Origin: Shigella phage ESh15
Length of the DNA stretch: 64,000 bases
Sequence record: ON528725
Reading direction: 5' to 3' (one strand)
The position numbers were made by a program, and so were the translations under genes. Positions 21,585 through 33,028 of the stretch are shown here, piece by piece. The notes below the pieces were generated by a model. It was not told the origin of the DNA. It was given only the letters and a program-made list of their open reading frames with translations, and did not search any database. Position 1 is the stretch's first letter; each line of letters begins with the position of its first letter.

Positions 21585-24500
21585 ATGGCCGACATCAAAC
21601 GTAAGTTCAGAGCCGAAGACGGTCTGGACGCCGGTGGCGACAAGATTGTTAACGTAGCATTAGCCGACCGTACAGTAGGTACTGATGGCGTAAACGTTGA
21701 CTTCCTTGTACAAGAAAACACCGTTCAAGTATATGATTCTACGCGTGGATATAACAAAGGATTTGTTGTTCTTTATGACAACCGTTTATATCAAGCAATA
21801 AATGATATCGTGTCTCCTTCCGGGGCATTTAACCTTTTACAATGGCGTGCAGTTCGTACTGATGCACAATGGATAACTGTAGCTTCTGGGGCTTATCAAC
21901 TTTCTTCAGGTGAATCGATTTCGGTTAACACTGGTGCCGGCAATGATATGGTTTTCACGTTGCCAAATACTCCGGTTGATGGTGATACTGTTGTTTTGGC
22001 TGATATTGGTGGACGAACCGGGACAGTTAAAGTACAGATTAACGCGTCTGTACAGAGTATTTTAAACTTTAGAGGTGAACAAGTTCGTACAGTTTTAATG
22101 ACGCGCCCACGTTCACAACTATTGTTTGTGTTTAGTAATCGTTTGTGGCAGATGTATATTACCGATTATGGTAAAGAATCAATCACTGTTACACCTGCGA
22201 CACCATATCAAGCACAAGCAAATGATTTTATCGTTCGTCGTTTTACTAGTGCAGCACCAATCAACATTACACTTCCACGTAATGCTAACAATGGTGATAT
22301 AATCAGCCTAGTCGATTTAGATAGATTAAACCCACTGTATCATACATTTGTTAAAACATTTGATGATACAACGTCTATTGGTGAAGTCGGGACTCATATT
22401 GCCGAAGGCAGAAATGACTCTGACGCGTTTTTTGTTTTTGATGCTGCAAATAGTTTATGGCGTATATGGGAAGGAGACCAGAAATCGCGTCTTCGTATTA
22501 TCCGTGCGGATTCAAATATTCGACCAAATGAAGAAGTTCTTATTTTTGGCACAAATAACGCTACACACGGAACTATTAATCTTACGCTGCCTTCCGGAAT
22601 TTTGAGCGGTGACACTGTTAAAATTTCAATGAACTACATGCGTAAAGGCCAAACGGTAAAAATTAAAGCTGCCGAAGGTGATACAATTGCTTCTTCTGTC
22701 GCATTACTTCAGTTCCCTAAACGTTCTGAATATCCACCTGATGCTCAATGGGTCTCTGTTACTGAACTAGAATTCAATGGTACTACTTCATATGTTCCTG
22801 TATTAGAATTAGCGTATATCGAAGACACCGTTGCTGGTACACGCTATTGGGTTGTTCAACAAAACGTCCCAACTGTAGAACGTGTCGATGCTGGAACTGA
22901 TACAACTAGAGCTCGTGTAGGTGTTATTGCTCTTGCAACTCAGGCACAGGCAAATGTTGATTTTGAAAATTCTCCGGCTAAAGAAGTTGCTATTACTCCG
23001 GAAACATTGGCAAATCGTACAGCAACTGAAGCTAGACGTGGTATCGCTAAAATTGCTACAACAGCACAAGTTAACCAGAATTCCACAGCATCATTTGTGG
23101 ACGATACTATTGTTACGCCTAAAAAACTAAATGAGCGTACAGCAACTGAAACTCGTCGTGGTCTTGCTGAAATTGCTACTCAGGTTGAAACCGATGCTGG
23201 TCTTGATGACACAACGATTATTACACCTAAGAAATTACAGGCACGTCAGGGTTCTGAAACACTATCTGGTATAGTTAAATATGTATCAACTACTTCTGCT
23301 ACTCCTGCTGAAACTCGTGGGGCCGCAGGCACTAATGTTTATAATAAAACCGTAAATAATTTAACTATTTCTCCTAAAGCCCTTGACCAATATAAAGCAA
23401 CTTATGCTCAACAAGGTGCAGTAATTTTAGCTGTTGATAGTGAAGTAATTGCTGGTCAATCTCAAGCAGGTTATTCTCATGCTGTAGTAACTCCTGAAAC
23501 ACTACATAAGAAAACTTCTACTGATGGACGTATTGGTTTAATTGAAATTGCTACGCAAGCAGAAACTAATGCTGGGACTGATTATACACGTGCAGTAACG
23601 CCTAAGACGTTAAATGATAGGAAAGCTACGGAAGGATTATCCGGCATAGCCGAAATTGCTACGCAAGTTGAATTTGATACTGGAACTGATGATACTCGTA
23701 TCTCGACTCCACTGAAAATTAAAACTCATTTTGATTCTTCTGACCGTACCAGTGTTAATTCTGATTCCGGACTTATTGAAGAAGGAACCTTGTGGAACCA
23801 TTATACTCTTGATATTTCTAAAGCAAATGAAACACAACGTGGTACACTTCGCGTAGCGACCCAGGCAGAATCTAATGCAGGAACTTTAGATGATGTTCTT
23901 ATTACTCCTAAAAAGCTTTTAGGGACTAAGTCCACTGAAACGTCTGAAGGTGTAATTAAGGTTGCTACTCAGGCTGAAACTGTAACAGGAACTTCTACTA
24001 ATACTGCTGTATCTCCTAAGAATTTAAAATGGATTGTCCAGAATGAACCAACATGGGCTGCTACCACAGCAATTCGTGGATTCGTTAAAACTTCATCCGG
24101 TTCTATTACATTTGTTGGTAATGATACAGTCGGTTCAACGCAACCTTTAGAATCATATGAAAAAAATAGCTATGCTATATCTCCATATGAATTAAACCGT
24201 GTACTTGCTAACTATTTGCCATTAAAAGCAAAAGCTGCTGACGCAAATTTATTAGATGGTCTAGATTCATCTCAGTTCATTCGTAGGGATATTGCACAGA
24301 CGGTTAATGGTTCACTAACCTTAACCCAACAAACGAATCTGAGTGCCCCTCTTGTATCATCTAGTACTGCTACGTTTGGTGGTTCAGTTTCGGCAAATAG
24401 TACATTAACTATTTCTAATACCGGAACAGCTACTCGTCTGATTTTTGAGAAAGGACCTCAAACTGGAACTAACCCAGCGCAGACGATGAGTATCAGAGTT

Positions 24501-25460
24501 TGGGGAAATCAGTTTGGTGGCGGTTCAGATACAACACGTTCTACTGTATTTGAAGTTGGCGATGAAACGTCTAATCATTTTTATTCTCAACGTAATAAAG
24601 ATGGGAATATAGCGTTTAGCATTAATGGCACTGTAATGCCAATAAACATTAATGCTTCCGGCTTGATGAATGTGAATGGTGTTGCAACATTCGGCCGTTC
24701 AGTTACAGCCAATGGTGAATTCATTAGCAAGTCTGCAAATGCTTTCAGAGCAATAAGTGGTGATTACGGATTCTTTATTCGTAATGATGCTGCTAATACC
24801 TATTTTATGCTTACTGCATCTGGTGATCAGACCGGTGGATTTAATGGATTACGTCCTTTGGCTATTAATAATGCATCTGGCCAAGTAACGATTGGTGAAA
24901 GCTTAATCATTGCTAAAGGTGCTACTATAAATTCAGGTGGTTTAACTGTTAACTCGAGAATTCGTTCTCAGGGTTCTAAAACTGCTGATTTATACACTCG
25001 TGCTCCTACTGCTGATACAGTCGGATTCTGGTCAATCGATATTAACGATTCAGCCACTTATAATCAGTTCCCGGGTTATTTTAAAATGGTTGAAAAAACT
25101 AATGAAGTGACTGGGCTTCCATACTTAGAACGTGGTGAAGAAGTTAAATCTCCTGGTACATTGACTCAATTTGGTAATACGCTTGATTCTCTTTACCAAG
25201 ATTGGATTACTTATCCAACGACACCAGAAGCGCGTACCACTCGCTGGACACGTACATGGCAGAAAACCAAAAACTCATGGTCGAGTTTTGTTCAGGTATT
25301 TGATGGTGGAAACCCTCCTCAACCTTCTGATATTGGTGCTTTACCTTCCGATAATGCAACAATCGGAAACTTGACAATAAGGGATTTCTTAAGGATTGGT
25401 AATGTTCGCATTATTCCAGACCCTGTGAATAAATCTGTTAAATTCGAGTGGATTGAATAA
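21585..25460 (+). CDS. 34: long tail fibre proximal subunit gp34
   Basis: 1291 aa; N- and C-terminal regions nearly identical to recalled T4 gp34; internal TPKKL/TPETL repeat units. Confidence 0.95.
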   Translation: MADIKRKFRAEDGLDAGGDKIVNVALADRTVGTDGVNVDFLVQENTVQVYDSTRGYNKGFVVLYDNRLYQAINDIVSPSGAFNLLQWRAVRTDAQWITVASGAYQLSSGESISVNTGAGNDMVFTLPNTPVDGDTVVLADIGGRTGTVKVQINASVQSILNFRGEQVRTVLMTRPRSQLLFVFSNRLWQMYITDYGKESITVTPATPYQAQANDFIVRRFTSAAPINITLPRNANNGDIISLVDLDRLNPLYHTFVKTFDDTTSIGEVGTHIAEGRNDSDAFFVFDAANSLWRIWEGDQKSRLRIIRADSNIRPNEEVLIFGTNNATHGTINLTLPSGILSGDTVKISMNYMRKGQTVKIKAAEGDTIASSVALLQFPKRSEYPPDAQWVSVTELEFNGTTSYVPVLELAYIEDTVAGTRYWVVQQNVPTVERVDAGTDTTRARVGVIALATQAQANVDFENSPAKEVAITPETLANRTATEARRGIAKIATTAQVNQNSTASFVDDTIVTPKKLNERTATETRRGLAEIATQVETDAGLDDTTIITPKKLQARQGSETLSGIVKYVSTTSATPAETRGAAGTNVYNKTVNNLTISPKALDQYKATYAQQGAVILAVDSEVIAGQSQAGYSHAVVTPETLHKKTSTDGRIGLIEIATQAETNAGTDYTRAVTPKTLNDRKATEGLSGIAEIATQVEFDTGTDDTRISTPLKIKTHFDSSDRTSVNSDSGLIEEGTLWNHYTLDISKANETQRGTLRVATQAESNAGTLDDVLITPKKLLGTKSTETSEGVIKVATQAETVTGTSTNTAVSPKNLKWIVQNEPTWAATTAIRGFVKTSSGSITFVGNDTVGSTQPLESYEKNSYAISPYELNRVLANYLPLKAKAADANLLDGLDSSQFIRRDIAQTVNGSLTLTQQTNLSAPLVSSSTATFGGSVSANSTLTISNTGTATRLIFEKGPQTGTNPAQTMSIRVWGNQFGGGSDTTRSTVFEVGDETSNHFYSQRNKDGNIAFSINGTVMPININASGLMNVNGVATFGRSVTANGEFISKSANAFRAISGDYGFFIRNDAANTYFMLTASGDQTGGFNGLRPLAINNASGQVTIGESLIIAKGATINSGGLTVNSRIRSQGSKTADLYTRAPTADTVGFWSIDINDSATYNQFPGYFKMVEKTNEVTGLPYLERGEEVKSPGTLTQFGNTLDSLYQDWITYPTTPEARTTRWTRTWQKTKNSWSSFVQVFDGGNPPQPSDIGALPSDNATIGNLTIRDFLRIGNVRIIPDPVNKSVKFEWIE

Positions 25461-25468
25461 GAGGTATT

Positions 25469-26596
25469 ATGGAAAAATTTATGGCTAAGTTTGGACAAGG
25501 ATACGTCCAAACGCCATTTTTATCGGAAAGCAATTCAGTACGATTTAAATTAAGCATAGCGGGCTCTTGTCCGCTATCAACATCTCCTACTTATATTAAG
25601 TTCCAAGATAATCCACTTGGGTCTCAGGTTTTTTCTGTTGGATTAAATGTTCGTGTAATAAATCCTACAACAGGTGCAGTAGTTGAATCTAAGTCATATA
25701 ATTTCTCTACTGAAAACGACGCCACGTCAAGTGCATTTGTTACTTACATGGACACATATGCTTCTAATTTTATATTTGCTCTTGTTACTAACGCTAAAAC
25801 AAACTTTCCTCCTGAAGTTCTTGCATGGTTTACTAAAGCTGGAAGTTCTGTTATTCCATTAGCACAACAAGTTTTAAATATAGTGGACATTTCTTATTCG
25901 GCATTTTATATTTCCGGTAAGAATGCTATAGCACTAGAACATATTAAGTATAGTAATAAGAAAACTTCAACTGACTATAGTACACCACTTGATGTTGTGT
26001 ACGACACTATCAATGATATTGGTGCTACCGGCTTCCCTAGTCGTACGTATGAATCGACAGACACATTTTTATCTGCTGTTGGTGGTACTAATAATGAAAT
26101 TAAAAGGATGCCTACAACGTCCATTATTACACCTCTCGCTGGGTATAAATTGAAGCCTGGAGATTTCCTTTATATGAAATTCCAACTAATGGCCGATGCT
26201 GATTTGTTAGCACAAGGGACGACACGACTTTCTATTCGTTTCTTTAAATCTCCTTCTACTTCACCTATTTCATTTAAGGATATAAACTTTGATGGGGATG
26301 CAGGTGAATGGAAGATATATGAAGACTACATAGAAATTCCTGCTGGTGCTGACGGGTTCACGATTTATTGTTATCGTACAGCTCCAGTCGGGCAAGGCGG
26401 ATTAAGAAACGTTATATTCACTGAAGTATCATGTAATGGAAGCGTTTCAAAACCTGCTGAGTTTGGTATAAATGGTATTCGTGTAAATTATGTTTCAGAA
26501 TCTTTAAGTGCCCCGGACATAATGTCATTACCTACTCAATCTTCAACCGATACTGGTAAGGTATTTGGACAAGAATTTAAAGAAGCATCAGAATAA
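25469..26596 (+). CDS. 35: long tail fibre hinge gp35
   Basis: 375 aa; position and size as T4 gp35; RBS AAGAGG. Confidence 0.85.
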   Translation: MEKFMAKFGQGYVQTPFLSESNSVRFKLSIAGSCPLSTSPTYIKFQDNPLGSQVFSVGLNVRVINPTTGAVVESKSYNFSTENDATSSAFVTYMDTYASNFIFALVTNAKTNFPPEVLAWFTKAGSSVIPLAQQVLNIVDISYSAFYISGKNAIALEHIKYSNKKTSTDYSTPLDVVYDTINDIGATGFPSRTYESTDTFLSAVGGTNNEIKRMPTTSIITPLAGYKLKPGDFLYMKFQLMADADLLAQGTTRLSIRFFKSPSTSPISFKDINFDGDAGEWKIYEDYIEIPAGADGFTIYCYRTAPVGQGGLRNVIFTEVSCNGSVSKPAEFGINGIRVNYVSESLSAPDIMSLPTQSSTDTGKVFGQEFKEASE

Positions 26597-26601
26597 ATTT
26601 A

Positions 26602-26626
26602 GGGAGACTTCGGTCTCCCATTTTTG
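26602..26626 (+). terminator. intrinsic terminator after gene 35
   Basis: GGGAGAC-UUCG-GUCUCCC hairpin followed by AUUUUUG. Confidence 0.7.
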
Positions 26627-26634
26627 TATAAATA
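26627..26634 (+). promoter_or_regulatory. late promoter TATAAATA for gene 36
   Basis: Exact TATAAATA immediately after the terminator, 25 nt upstream of gene 36 ATG. Confidence 0.7.
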
Positions 26635-26658
26635 TGGTATACATATAAGGAGACAACT

Positions 26659-27324
26659 ATGGCCGATTTAAAAGCTGGTAGTACAACTGGCGGTGCCGTT
26701 ATATGGCATCAAGGTAATTTCCCTTTAATGCCAGCAGGTGATGACGTCCTGTATAAAACGTTTAAACTCTATTCAGAATATAATAAACCACAAGCTGCTG
26801 ATAACGATTTCGTTTCTAAAGCTAATGGTGGTACGTATGCCGCTCGAGTAACATTTAATAACGGTGTGCAAATACCTTATGCCATAAATAACACAAATCA
26901 AAGTGGTATTTTCCCAGGCAACGGTGACAATGCAACATATGATATGGCAAACATCGATATTGTTTCATGGTATGGCATTGGATTTAAATCTTCTCAAGGT
27001 TCTGCATTACGTACTGTGGTTATTAACACTCGTACCGGTGATATCAGCACTAAGGGCGGTCTTTATGCAACTGGTCCTGTCCGTTCTAACGCTACTGCTC
27101 CTATAGCAGCAAATGACCTTACTCGTAAAGATTATGTTGATGGACGAATAAATATTGTTACGGATAACGCAAATTCCCGTGTATTGCGTAAAGGCGATAC
27201 CATGACTGGTACTTTAACAGCACCAAACTTTTTCTCACAGAATCCGGCCTCCGAGGCTAATCATGTTCCTCGTTTCGACCAGATTGTAATTAAAGATTCT
27301 GTTCAAGATTTCGGCTATTATTAA
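26659..27324 (+). CDS. 36: long tail fibre distal connector gp36
   Basis: 221 aa; position and size as T4 gp36. Confidence 0.85.
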   Translation: MADLKAGSTTGGAVIWHQGNFPLMPAGDDVLYKTFKLYSEYNKPQAADNDFVSKANGGTYAARVTFNNGVQIPYAINNTNQSGIFPGNGDNATYDMANIDIVSWYGIGFKSSQGSALRTVVINTRTGDISTKGGLYATGPVRSNATAPIAANDLTRKDYVDGRINIVTDNANSRVLRKGDTMTGTLTAPNFFSQNPASEANHVPRFDQIVIKDSVQDFGYY

Positions 27325-27332
27325 GAGGACTT

Positions 27333-30300
27333 ATGGCTACATTAAAACAGATACAATTTAAAAGAAGCAAAGTAGCAGGAGTTAATCCTACTGCAGCACA
27401 ATTAGCCGAAGGCGAATTAGCGATAAACTTAAAAGATCGAACTCTTTTTACTAAAGATGACCTCGGTAATATTATTAGCCTAGGCTTTGCTAAGGGTGGT
27501 GATATTAACGGTAATGTAACTCAAACCGGCGATTATTTACAAAACGGCACATATAATCTTAATGGAAATCAGTTCGTTTATGCAGGAAAGTATATTGAAT
27601 TTTTGCCAAAAACTGCTGGAAATGGCGCTTGGGCTAACCAACACACAAATAAAGCCCCTATCTTTACAGATTTGAGTTCAACTACTTCAACTTCTGAATA
27701 CCACCCTTTGATTAAGCAACGTTATAAAGACGGTACTTTTTCAGTAGGTACATTAGTAAGCGAAGGCTCATTTAGAGTTCATTATATTGATTCTACAGCT
27801 CCAGACAATTCTAAACACTGGGTCTTTAACCGTAATGGTAATTTTATTGTAGATTCTGGTAGTATTGAGGTCCGCGCAGGTAATATTTCTGCGTCAGGCA
27901 ATATTAACTCCGCTAATGGTATAGTTTCTGCTCCACAAGTTAATACGAAAACCATTGTTTTAGACACAAAAGCATTCGGACAATATGATTCACAGTCATT
28001 AGTTCAATATGTTTATCCTGGAACAGGTGAAGAAAACGGTATAAACTATCTTCGTAAAGTTCGAGCTAAATCAGGCGGAACTATTTACCATGAAATCGCT
28101 TCGGCTCAAACTGGTAAGAATGATGAAATTTCTTGGTGGACCGGAAATACACTTACTACTAAATTAATGGGTCTTCGTAATGATGGCGCAATGGTATTAC
28201 GTCGTTCACTTGCTATTGGCACAATTACCACTGATGAAAATACTAACAACTACGGTTCTCCTACTCCAATGGGAGAAAGATATATTGCTTTGGGCGATGC
28301 TGCAACCGGTTTAAAATACATTAAGCAGGGTGTTTATGATTTAGTAGGTAATTGGAATTCTGTTGCGTCTATTACTCCAGATAGTTTCCGTAGTACTCGT
28401 AAAGGTATATTTGGTCGTTCTGAGGACCAAGGCGCAACTTGGATAATGCCTGGTACAAATGCTGCTCTCTTGTCTGTTCAAACACAAGCTGATAATAACA
28501 ACGCTGGAGACGGTCAAACTCATATTGGGTACAATGCTGGCGGCAAAATGAGTCATTATTTCCGCGGTAAAGGCAAAACTAATATTAATACTCAGGAAGG
28601 TGTAGACGTTAACCCAGGTATATTGAAGTTAACCACCGGCGGTGAAAGTATTAGCTTTAATGCCGCAACTGGAAGTATTAATTCTACATTAGCTTTTCGT
28701 CTTAATAAAGGCATAATTATTGATGGACCTGATAATCAGGGATTCCAGTTTAACGCTCCGACGGCTGCAGATGGTACTAGAAGTATATACTGGAACAGTG
28801 GTACTCGCCCAGGTCAAAACAAAAGCCCTGTTACAGTTAAAGCATGGGGTAATTCATTTAATGCCACCGGTGATAAATCTCGTGAAACCATTTTTGAAAT
28901 TGGTGACGGCCAAGGGTATCATTTTTACTCTCAACGTGCCGCGCCTACAAATGATGAAACTGTTGGCCCTGTATTAATGCAAGTTTCAGGTTCTTTAAAT
29001 GCAAAAGGAACATTGACCGCCACTGGCAACCTTTATGTGGGAGGATTGAGTACACATGAAGGTGCTGTGACCATGAATAATGGACTTAATTTAACTGGTG
29101 GTTCTTCTATTACTGGCCAAGTTAAAATCGGTGGAACAGCAGATGCATTGAGAATTTGGAACGCTAAATACGGTGCTATTTTCCGTCGTTCAGAAGATTC
29201 GTTGTATATAATTCCAACTCCGCGGGATGCTGGTGAATCAGGTGGTATTTCTAATTTGCGTCCGTTCTATATTTCATTAAGTGATGGTAAAGTCAGCATG
29301 GATCATGATGTTGATATCGGTGGTGGAAGATTTAAAGTAGAAACTAGTGGAACAACATCAGGGCAACGTATTACAGTTAATACTGCCTCCGATGCTATTA
29401 GAATAAATGCCCCAACACAAGAATCTTCTAACTTCATCCAAGGACGTAAAGCAGATGTTCCGAAATGGTATTTAGGTATTGGCGATGGCGGCAACGTCGT
29501 TCGTATGCACAGTTACACCTACTCCCATGGTATTGCATTAAACTCTGATACGGTTGATATAGCTAAACCTCTTAGAATAGGTTCAACCCAGATTGGTACT
29601 GATGGTAACATAACTGGCGGCACTGGTAATTTTGCTAACTTGAATACCACAATAAATAACCTTAAGACAGATATCGTCTCGAGTTACCCAATTGGTGCTC
29701 CGATTCCTTGGCCTACTGATACACCTCCTGAAGGTTATGCCATAATGGAAGGTCAAACATTTGATGCTGGCTTGTATCCTAAGTTAGCTGCGGTGTATCC
29801 TTCCGGCGCTCTGCCTGATATGCGTGGACAAACGATTAAAGGTAAACCATCTGGGCGTGCTGTATTAAGTACAGAAGCAGACGGTGTTAAGTCACACACT
29901 CATAGTGCAAGTGCATCAAGCACAGATTTGGGTACTAAGACCACTTCTAGTTTTGATTACGGTAGCAAAACGACTTCAAGCTTTGATTATGGTACTAAGA
30001 CCAGTAATACCACTGGCAACCACAACCATACAGTGAGTGGTAATACTAGTTCAGCAGGAGCTCACCAACACGCTCGTTCAGGCCCTCAAATGCAAGGCGG
30101 CATACCCACTAGCATATTCTATGATGGATACAATAGCGCGGGTCCAAACGGCAACGCTAAAATCACTGGAACCGTGAGTGGTGCTACTGCATCGTCGAAT
30201 ATGGCCAAAACTTCTTCAGACGGTGCCCACACCCATAGTTGGTCAGGAACTACTAGCTCTACGGGTAACCATGCTCATACTGTGGGTATTGGTGCTCATA

Positions 30301-30440
30301 CCCATTCGGTAGGTATTGGTGCTCATTCTCATACTGTTGCAATTGGTTCCCATGGACATACAATAACTGTAAATGCCACAGGAAATACAGAAAACACAGT
30401 TAAAAACATTGCTTTTAACTATATCGTTCGTTTAGCATAA
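27333..30440 (+). CDS. 37: long tail fibre distal subunit gp37 (receptor-binding)
   Basis: 1035 aa; C-terminal region with seven His-x-His boxes and ...[11 protein letters not shown] terminus as I recall for T4-type gp37. Confidence 0.92.
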   Translation: MATLKQIQFKRSKVAGVNPTAAQLAEGELAINLKDRTLFTKDDLGNIISLGFAKGGDINGNVTQTGDYLQNGTYNLNGNQFVYAGKYIEFLPKTAGNGAWANQHTNKAPIFTDLSSTTSTSEYHPLIKQRYKDGTFSVGTLVSEGSFRVHYIDSTAPDNSKHWVFNRNGNFIVDSGSIEVRAGNISASGNINSANGIVSAPQVNTKTIVLDTKAFGQYDSQSLVQYVYPGTGEENGINYLRKVRAKSGGTIYHEIASAQTGKNDEISWWTGNTLTTKLMGLRNDGAMVLRRSLAIGTITTDENTNNYGSPTPMGERYIALGDAATGLKYIKQGVYDLVGNWNSVASITPDSFRSTRKGIFGRSEDQGATWIMPGTNAALLSVQTQADNNNAGDGQTHIGYNAGGKMSHYFRGKGKTNINTQEGVDVNPGILKLTTGGESISFNAATGSINSTLAFRLNKGIIIDGPDNQGFQFNAPTAADGTRSIYWNSGTRPGQNKSPVTVKAWGNSFNATGDKSRETIFEIGDGQGYHFYSQRAAPTNDETVGPVLMQVSGSLNAKGTLTATGNLYVGGLSTHEGAVTMNNGLNLTGGSSITGQVKIGGTADALRIWNAKYGAIFRRSEDSLYIIPTPRDAGESGGISNLRPFYISLSDGKVSMDHDVDIGGGRFKVETSGTTSGQRITVNTASDAIRINAPTQESSNFIQGRKADVPKWYLGIGDGGNVVRMHSYTYSHGIALNSDTVDIAKPLRIGSTQIGTDGNITGGTGNFANLNTTINNLKTDIVSSYPIGAPIPWPTDTPPEGYAIMEGQTFDAGLYPKLAAVYPSGALPDMRGQTIKGKPSGRAVLSTEADGVKSHTHSASASSTDLGTKTTSSFDYGSKTTSSFDYGTKTSNTTGNHNHTVSGNTSSAGAHQHARSGPQMQGGIPTSIFYDGYNSAGPNGNAKITGTVSGATASSNMAKTSSDGAHTHSWSGTTSSTGNHAHTVGIGAHTHSVGIGAHSHTVAIGSHGHTITVNATGNTENTVKNIAFNYIVRLA
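29931..30005 (+). repeat. 30-nt tandem repeat (about 2.5 copies) inside gene 37
   Basis: Encodes G(T/S)KTTSSFDY twice plus a partial GTKTS unit just upstream of the His-box tip. Confidence 0.7.
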
Positions 30441-30446
30441 GGAGAA

Positions 30447-30466
30447 GGGACTTCGGTCCCTTTTTA
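30447..30466 (+). terminator. hairpin plus U-tract between genes 37 and 38
   Basis: GGGAC-UUCG-GUCCC followed by UUUUU, 5 nt before the gene 38 ATG. Confidence 0.55.
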
Positions 30467-30470
30467 TAAT

Positions 30471-31022
30471 ATGAAACTCTATCACTATTATTTTGACACT
30501 AAAGAATTTTACAAAGAAGAAAATTATAAACCATTAAAAGGCGTAGGATTTCCGGCTCATTCGACACCAAAAAAACCTTTAGACCCTAAAGAAGGCTATG
30601 CTGTTGTATTTGACGAACGCGAACAAGAATGGGTATATGTTGAAGACCATCGTGGAAAAACAGTATGGACATATGATAAGCAAAAAATTGTTATTGACAC
30701 TCCAGGTGCTCTTCAAAATGTTACTACAGAAGAACCTGGTGAATTTGACATTTGGACCGACGACGGGTGGAAGGAAGATGAAGCATATAAACGCGTAGTT
30801 CAACGTGATAAGAAAATTCATGAACTCTATAAATTATTCAGTGTTTTAAGTTCTCTTATTGACGCAGAGGTTGCTAATAGAGAAGAAAAACGAAAATTTA
30901 AAGAGCTCAAAAAATTCTTTGCCCTTTTAGAAAAACATGAACATCTTGGCGGCGAATTCCCTAAATTCCCTGACCTTGAAAACAAATCTATTGTCAAAGC
31001 GATTATAAATATCTTTAAGTAA
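30471..31022 (+). CDS. 38: gp38, T4-type tail fibre assembly chaperone
   Basis: 183 aa; MKLYHYYFDTKEFYKEENYKP... and C-terminal FFALLEKHEHLGGEFP match recalled T4 gp38. Confidence 0.9.
   Translation: MKLYHYYFDTKEFYKEENYKPLKGVGFPAHSTPKKPLDPKEGYAVVFDEREQEWVYVEDHRGKTVWTYDKQKIVIDTPGALQNVTTEEPGEFDIWTDDGWKEDEAYKRVVQRDKKIHELYKLFSVLSSLIDAEVANREEKRKFKELKKFFALLEKHEHLGGEFPKFPDLENKSIVKAIINIFK
31004..31011 (+). promoter_or_regulatory. late promoter TATAAATA for holin gene t
   Basis: Exact TATAAATA inside the 3' end of gene 38, about 25 nt upstream of the t start and its RBS AAGGAGG. Confidence 0.65.
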
Positions 31023-31031
31023 GGAGGTATT

Positions 31032-31691
31032 ATGGCAACACCAAAAGTGTCATTTTCGCCTAGTGATATTCTATTTGGGTTGCTAGATCGTATTTTCAAA
31101 GATAACGCTACTGGAAAGGTTTTAATGTCCCGAGTAGCGGTAATTATTCTTTTGTTCCTAATGGCACTAATATGGTACAAAGGAAGTATTTTGCTGGATT
31201 ATTATGTAAGATCTAAGTATGATACTTATACTGAAATAATCCAAAAAGAACGAGCTTTACGTTTTGAATCTGCGGCTCTAGAACAACTGCAAATAGTTCA
31301 TATCTCATCTGGTGCAGATTTTAGTGCTGTGTATTCTTTCAGACCTAAAAACTTAAATTATTTCGTCGACCTTATAGCTTATGAAGGCAAACTACCTAGC
31401 ACAATTTCTGAAAAGTCTCTTGGTGGATTCCCGGTGGATAAAACGGCCAATGAATATATAATTCATTTAAGTGGCCGTCATTTCTCGTCTAAATCAGAAT
31501 TTGCATTTTTGCCTACAAAATCTAAGACTGCCGAACTTTCTTATATGTATAGTTGTCCATACTTTAATTTGGATAACATCTATGCTGGAACTGTGACGAT
31601 GTATTGGTATAAGGGGAATAATATACTTGAGGAAGACCGCTTAGCGGCTATATGCAACCAAGCGGTCCGAATACTAGGAAGGGCTAAATAA
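31032..31691 (+). CDS. t: holin T
   Basis: 219 aa; single N-terminal TM and large periplasmic domain; close to recalled T4 T holin. Confidence 0.92.
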   Translation: MATPKVSFSPSDILFGLLDRIFKDNATGKVLMSRVAVIILLFLMALIWYKGSILLDYYVRSKYDTYTEIIQKERALRFESAALEQLQIVHISSGADFSAVYSFRPKNLNYFVDLIAYEGKLPSTISEKSLGGFPVDKTANEYIIHLSGRHFSSKSEFAFLPTKSKTAELSYMYSCPYFNLDNIYAGTVTMYWYKGNNILEEDRLAAICNQAVRILGRAK

Positions 31692-31964
31692 TTAGTTGTT
31701 AGAATACATCGCTAAATGACGATAAATATTTTCAAAACCTTCATTGAATTCACTAATCAGTGTTTTCTTTTCTTCGGCAGTTAAATTTGTAATTAGTTTT
31801 CTGAACGAATTCTGATTTAGCTGCCGACCATCTTTTTTAATTCCAATCTCATTCAAGAATCCGATGAAACTTGCTCGGTCTTCAACAATATCTTCCCTAG
31901 AGAATTTAATCAAAATAGAAGCAATAGTAATAATTTCACGTACGATTTCAATATCTTTATTCAT
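31692..31964 (-). CDS. asiA: anti-sigma-70 factor AsiA
   Basis: 90 aa; close to recalled T4 AsiA; convergent with t. Confidence 0.9.
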   Translation of the reverse strand: MNKDIEIVREIITIASILIKFSREDIVEDRASFIGFLNEIGIKKDGRQLNQNSFRKLITNLTAEEKKTLISEFNEGFENIYRHLAMYSNN

Positions 31965-32010
31965 AACGTTTTATTCATTCCACTTAATTGATAGGAGTAT
32001 AATACCATTA

Positions 32011-32226
32011 TCAGTGTTGATTGTAAACGGCTTTTTCTACGCTTTTAACGTAATCAATGTAGTCTTCCTGTTCGTACGAGTTTAAGGCTAAAAACGAGGC
32101 TAATAGTTCATTATAGACTAAAGCCTCACGCTCACGTTCGGCCTCTACTACGTTCTGAAGATTATGACTCATATCGTTCCTTATAACTATCAATGTAGTC
32201 CTGTATGTCAAAGAATGACATTTCAT
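32011..32226 (-). CDS. hypothetical protein (asiA.1 position; true start probably internal)
   Basis: Track ORF overlapping the 3' end of the upstream ORF. Confidence 0.3.
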   Translation of the reverse strand: MKCHSLTYRTTLIVIRNDMSHNLQNVVEAEREREALVYNELLASFLALNSYEQEDYIDYVKSVEKAVYNQH

Positions 32227-32461
32227 ATTCTAGGACATTAAGAGCCCGTTCTTCAGTATAGTCAGAACCAAAGACGATAGTTATTTCACCAGGCTTCATA
32301 TGGTTGAAATCAACACTAAAAGGAATACGAGAACATACTTCGTCTGCCATATCTACGATAACACTACGACACACTTCTCGGTTAACCTGATAAAGCTCTG
32401 CAAGTTCTTCACAACGAATAACAAGTTCAGTGGCAGGATTTTCTTTGATTTTAGTAAGCAT
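32162..32461 (-). CDS. acidic protein at arn position (possible anti-restriction Arn)
   Basis: 99 aa acidic protein in the position of T4 arn between asiA and motA; sequence identity not confirmed. Confidence 0.35.
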   Translation of the reverse strand: MLTKIKENPATELVIRCEELAELYQVNREVCRSVIVDMADEVCSRIPFSVDFNHMKPGEITIVFGSDYTEERALNVLEYEMSFFDIQDYIDSYKERYES

Positions 32462-32535
32462 AGTCTTTACCCTTATGTTTTTGTTTGCGTTTAGATTGAA
32501 GTTCTGATTTCTTCTTGTCCTTATGGACAGAAGCC

Positions 32536-32763
32536 TTATTGAAATCGTGTTTTGCTACAAGATTGTTCATAATGATTTATAACCTCATTTAAACATTTGT
32601 CTGTGAAAGAAAACTTTTTAGCCACAGAACATTCGATAATGTGCTCTTTCAAATCTTTAGAGTCAGTATAACCCATCTCAGTAATAAAGTGGCGAATTAA
32701 AGCTTTATTCTTATCATTAACAGAATTAAAATAATCTGCTTTAGAATCAATTATTCTCATCAT
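32536..32763 (-). CDS. hypothetical protein (75 aa)
   Basis: Track ORF, arn.x position. Confidence 0.4.
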   Translation of the reverse strand: MMRIIDSKADYFNSVNDKNKALIRHFITEMGYTDSKDLKEHIIECSVAKKFSFTDKCLNEVINHYEQSCSKTRFQ

Positions 32764-33028
32764 CTAATTTCCTTAATTGATATTGCAACGAGCTAATAAT
32801 TTCTTCGTTCATTTTAATATACATGTCGCGCAAGAAAGGTTTTAACCCATCACGAATAATTGCTAACGTATCACCTTTACATAAATTAACCAAATAAGGA
32901 TGGTCTAAAGCGTCCCAACCAGGCTGATTAGCGTACATACCATAATTTTCTTCCATCATAGCATTCAGGCGTTTGATATGATTAATGTGGGCTTCAATAG
33001 CATCAATCTGGAGTTGTTTAAGATTCAT
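32747..33028 (-). CDS. hypothetical protein (93 aa)
   Basis: Track ORF, arn.x position. Confidence 0.4.
   Translation of the reverse strand: MNLKQLQIDAIEAHINHIKRLNAMMEENYGMYANQPGWDALDHPYLVNLCKGDTLAIIRDGLKPFLRDMYIKMNEEIISSLQYQLRKLDDENN

Noticed and set aside
22348-23130. Several 69-86 aa ORFs on both strands inside gene 34
   Set aside because: Embedded in the 1291-aa gp34 reading frame, which is strongly supported; alternative frames are artefacts.
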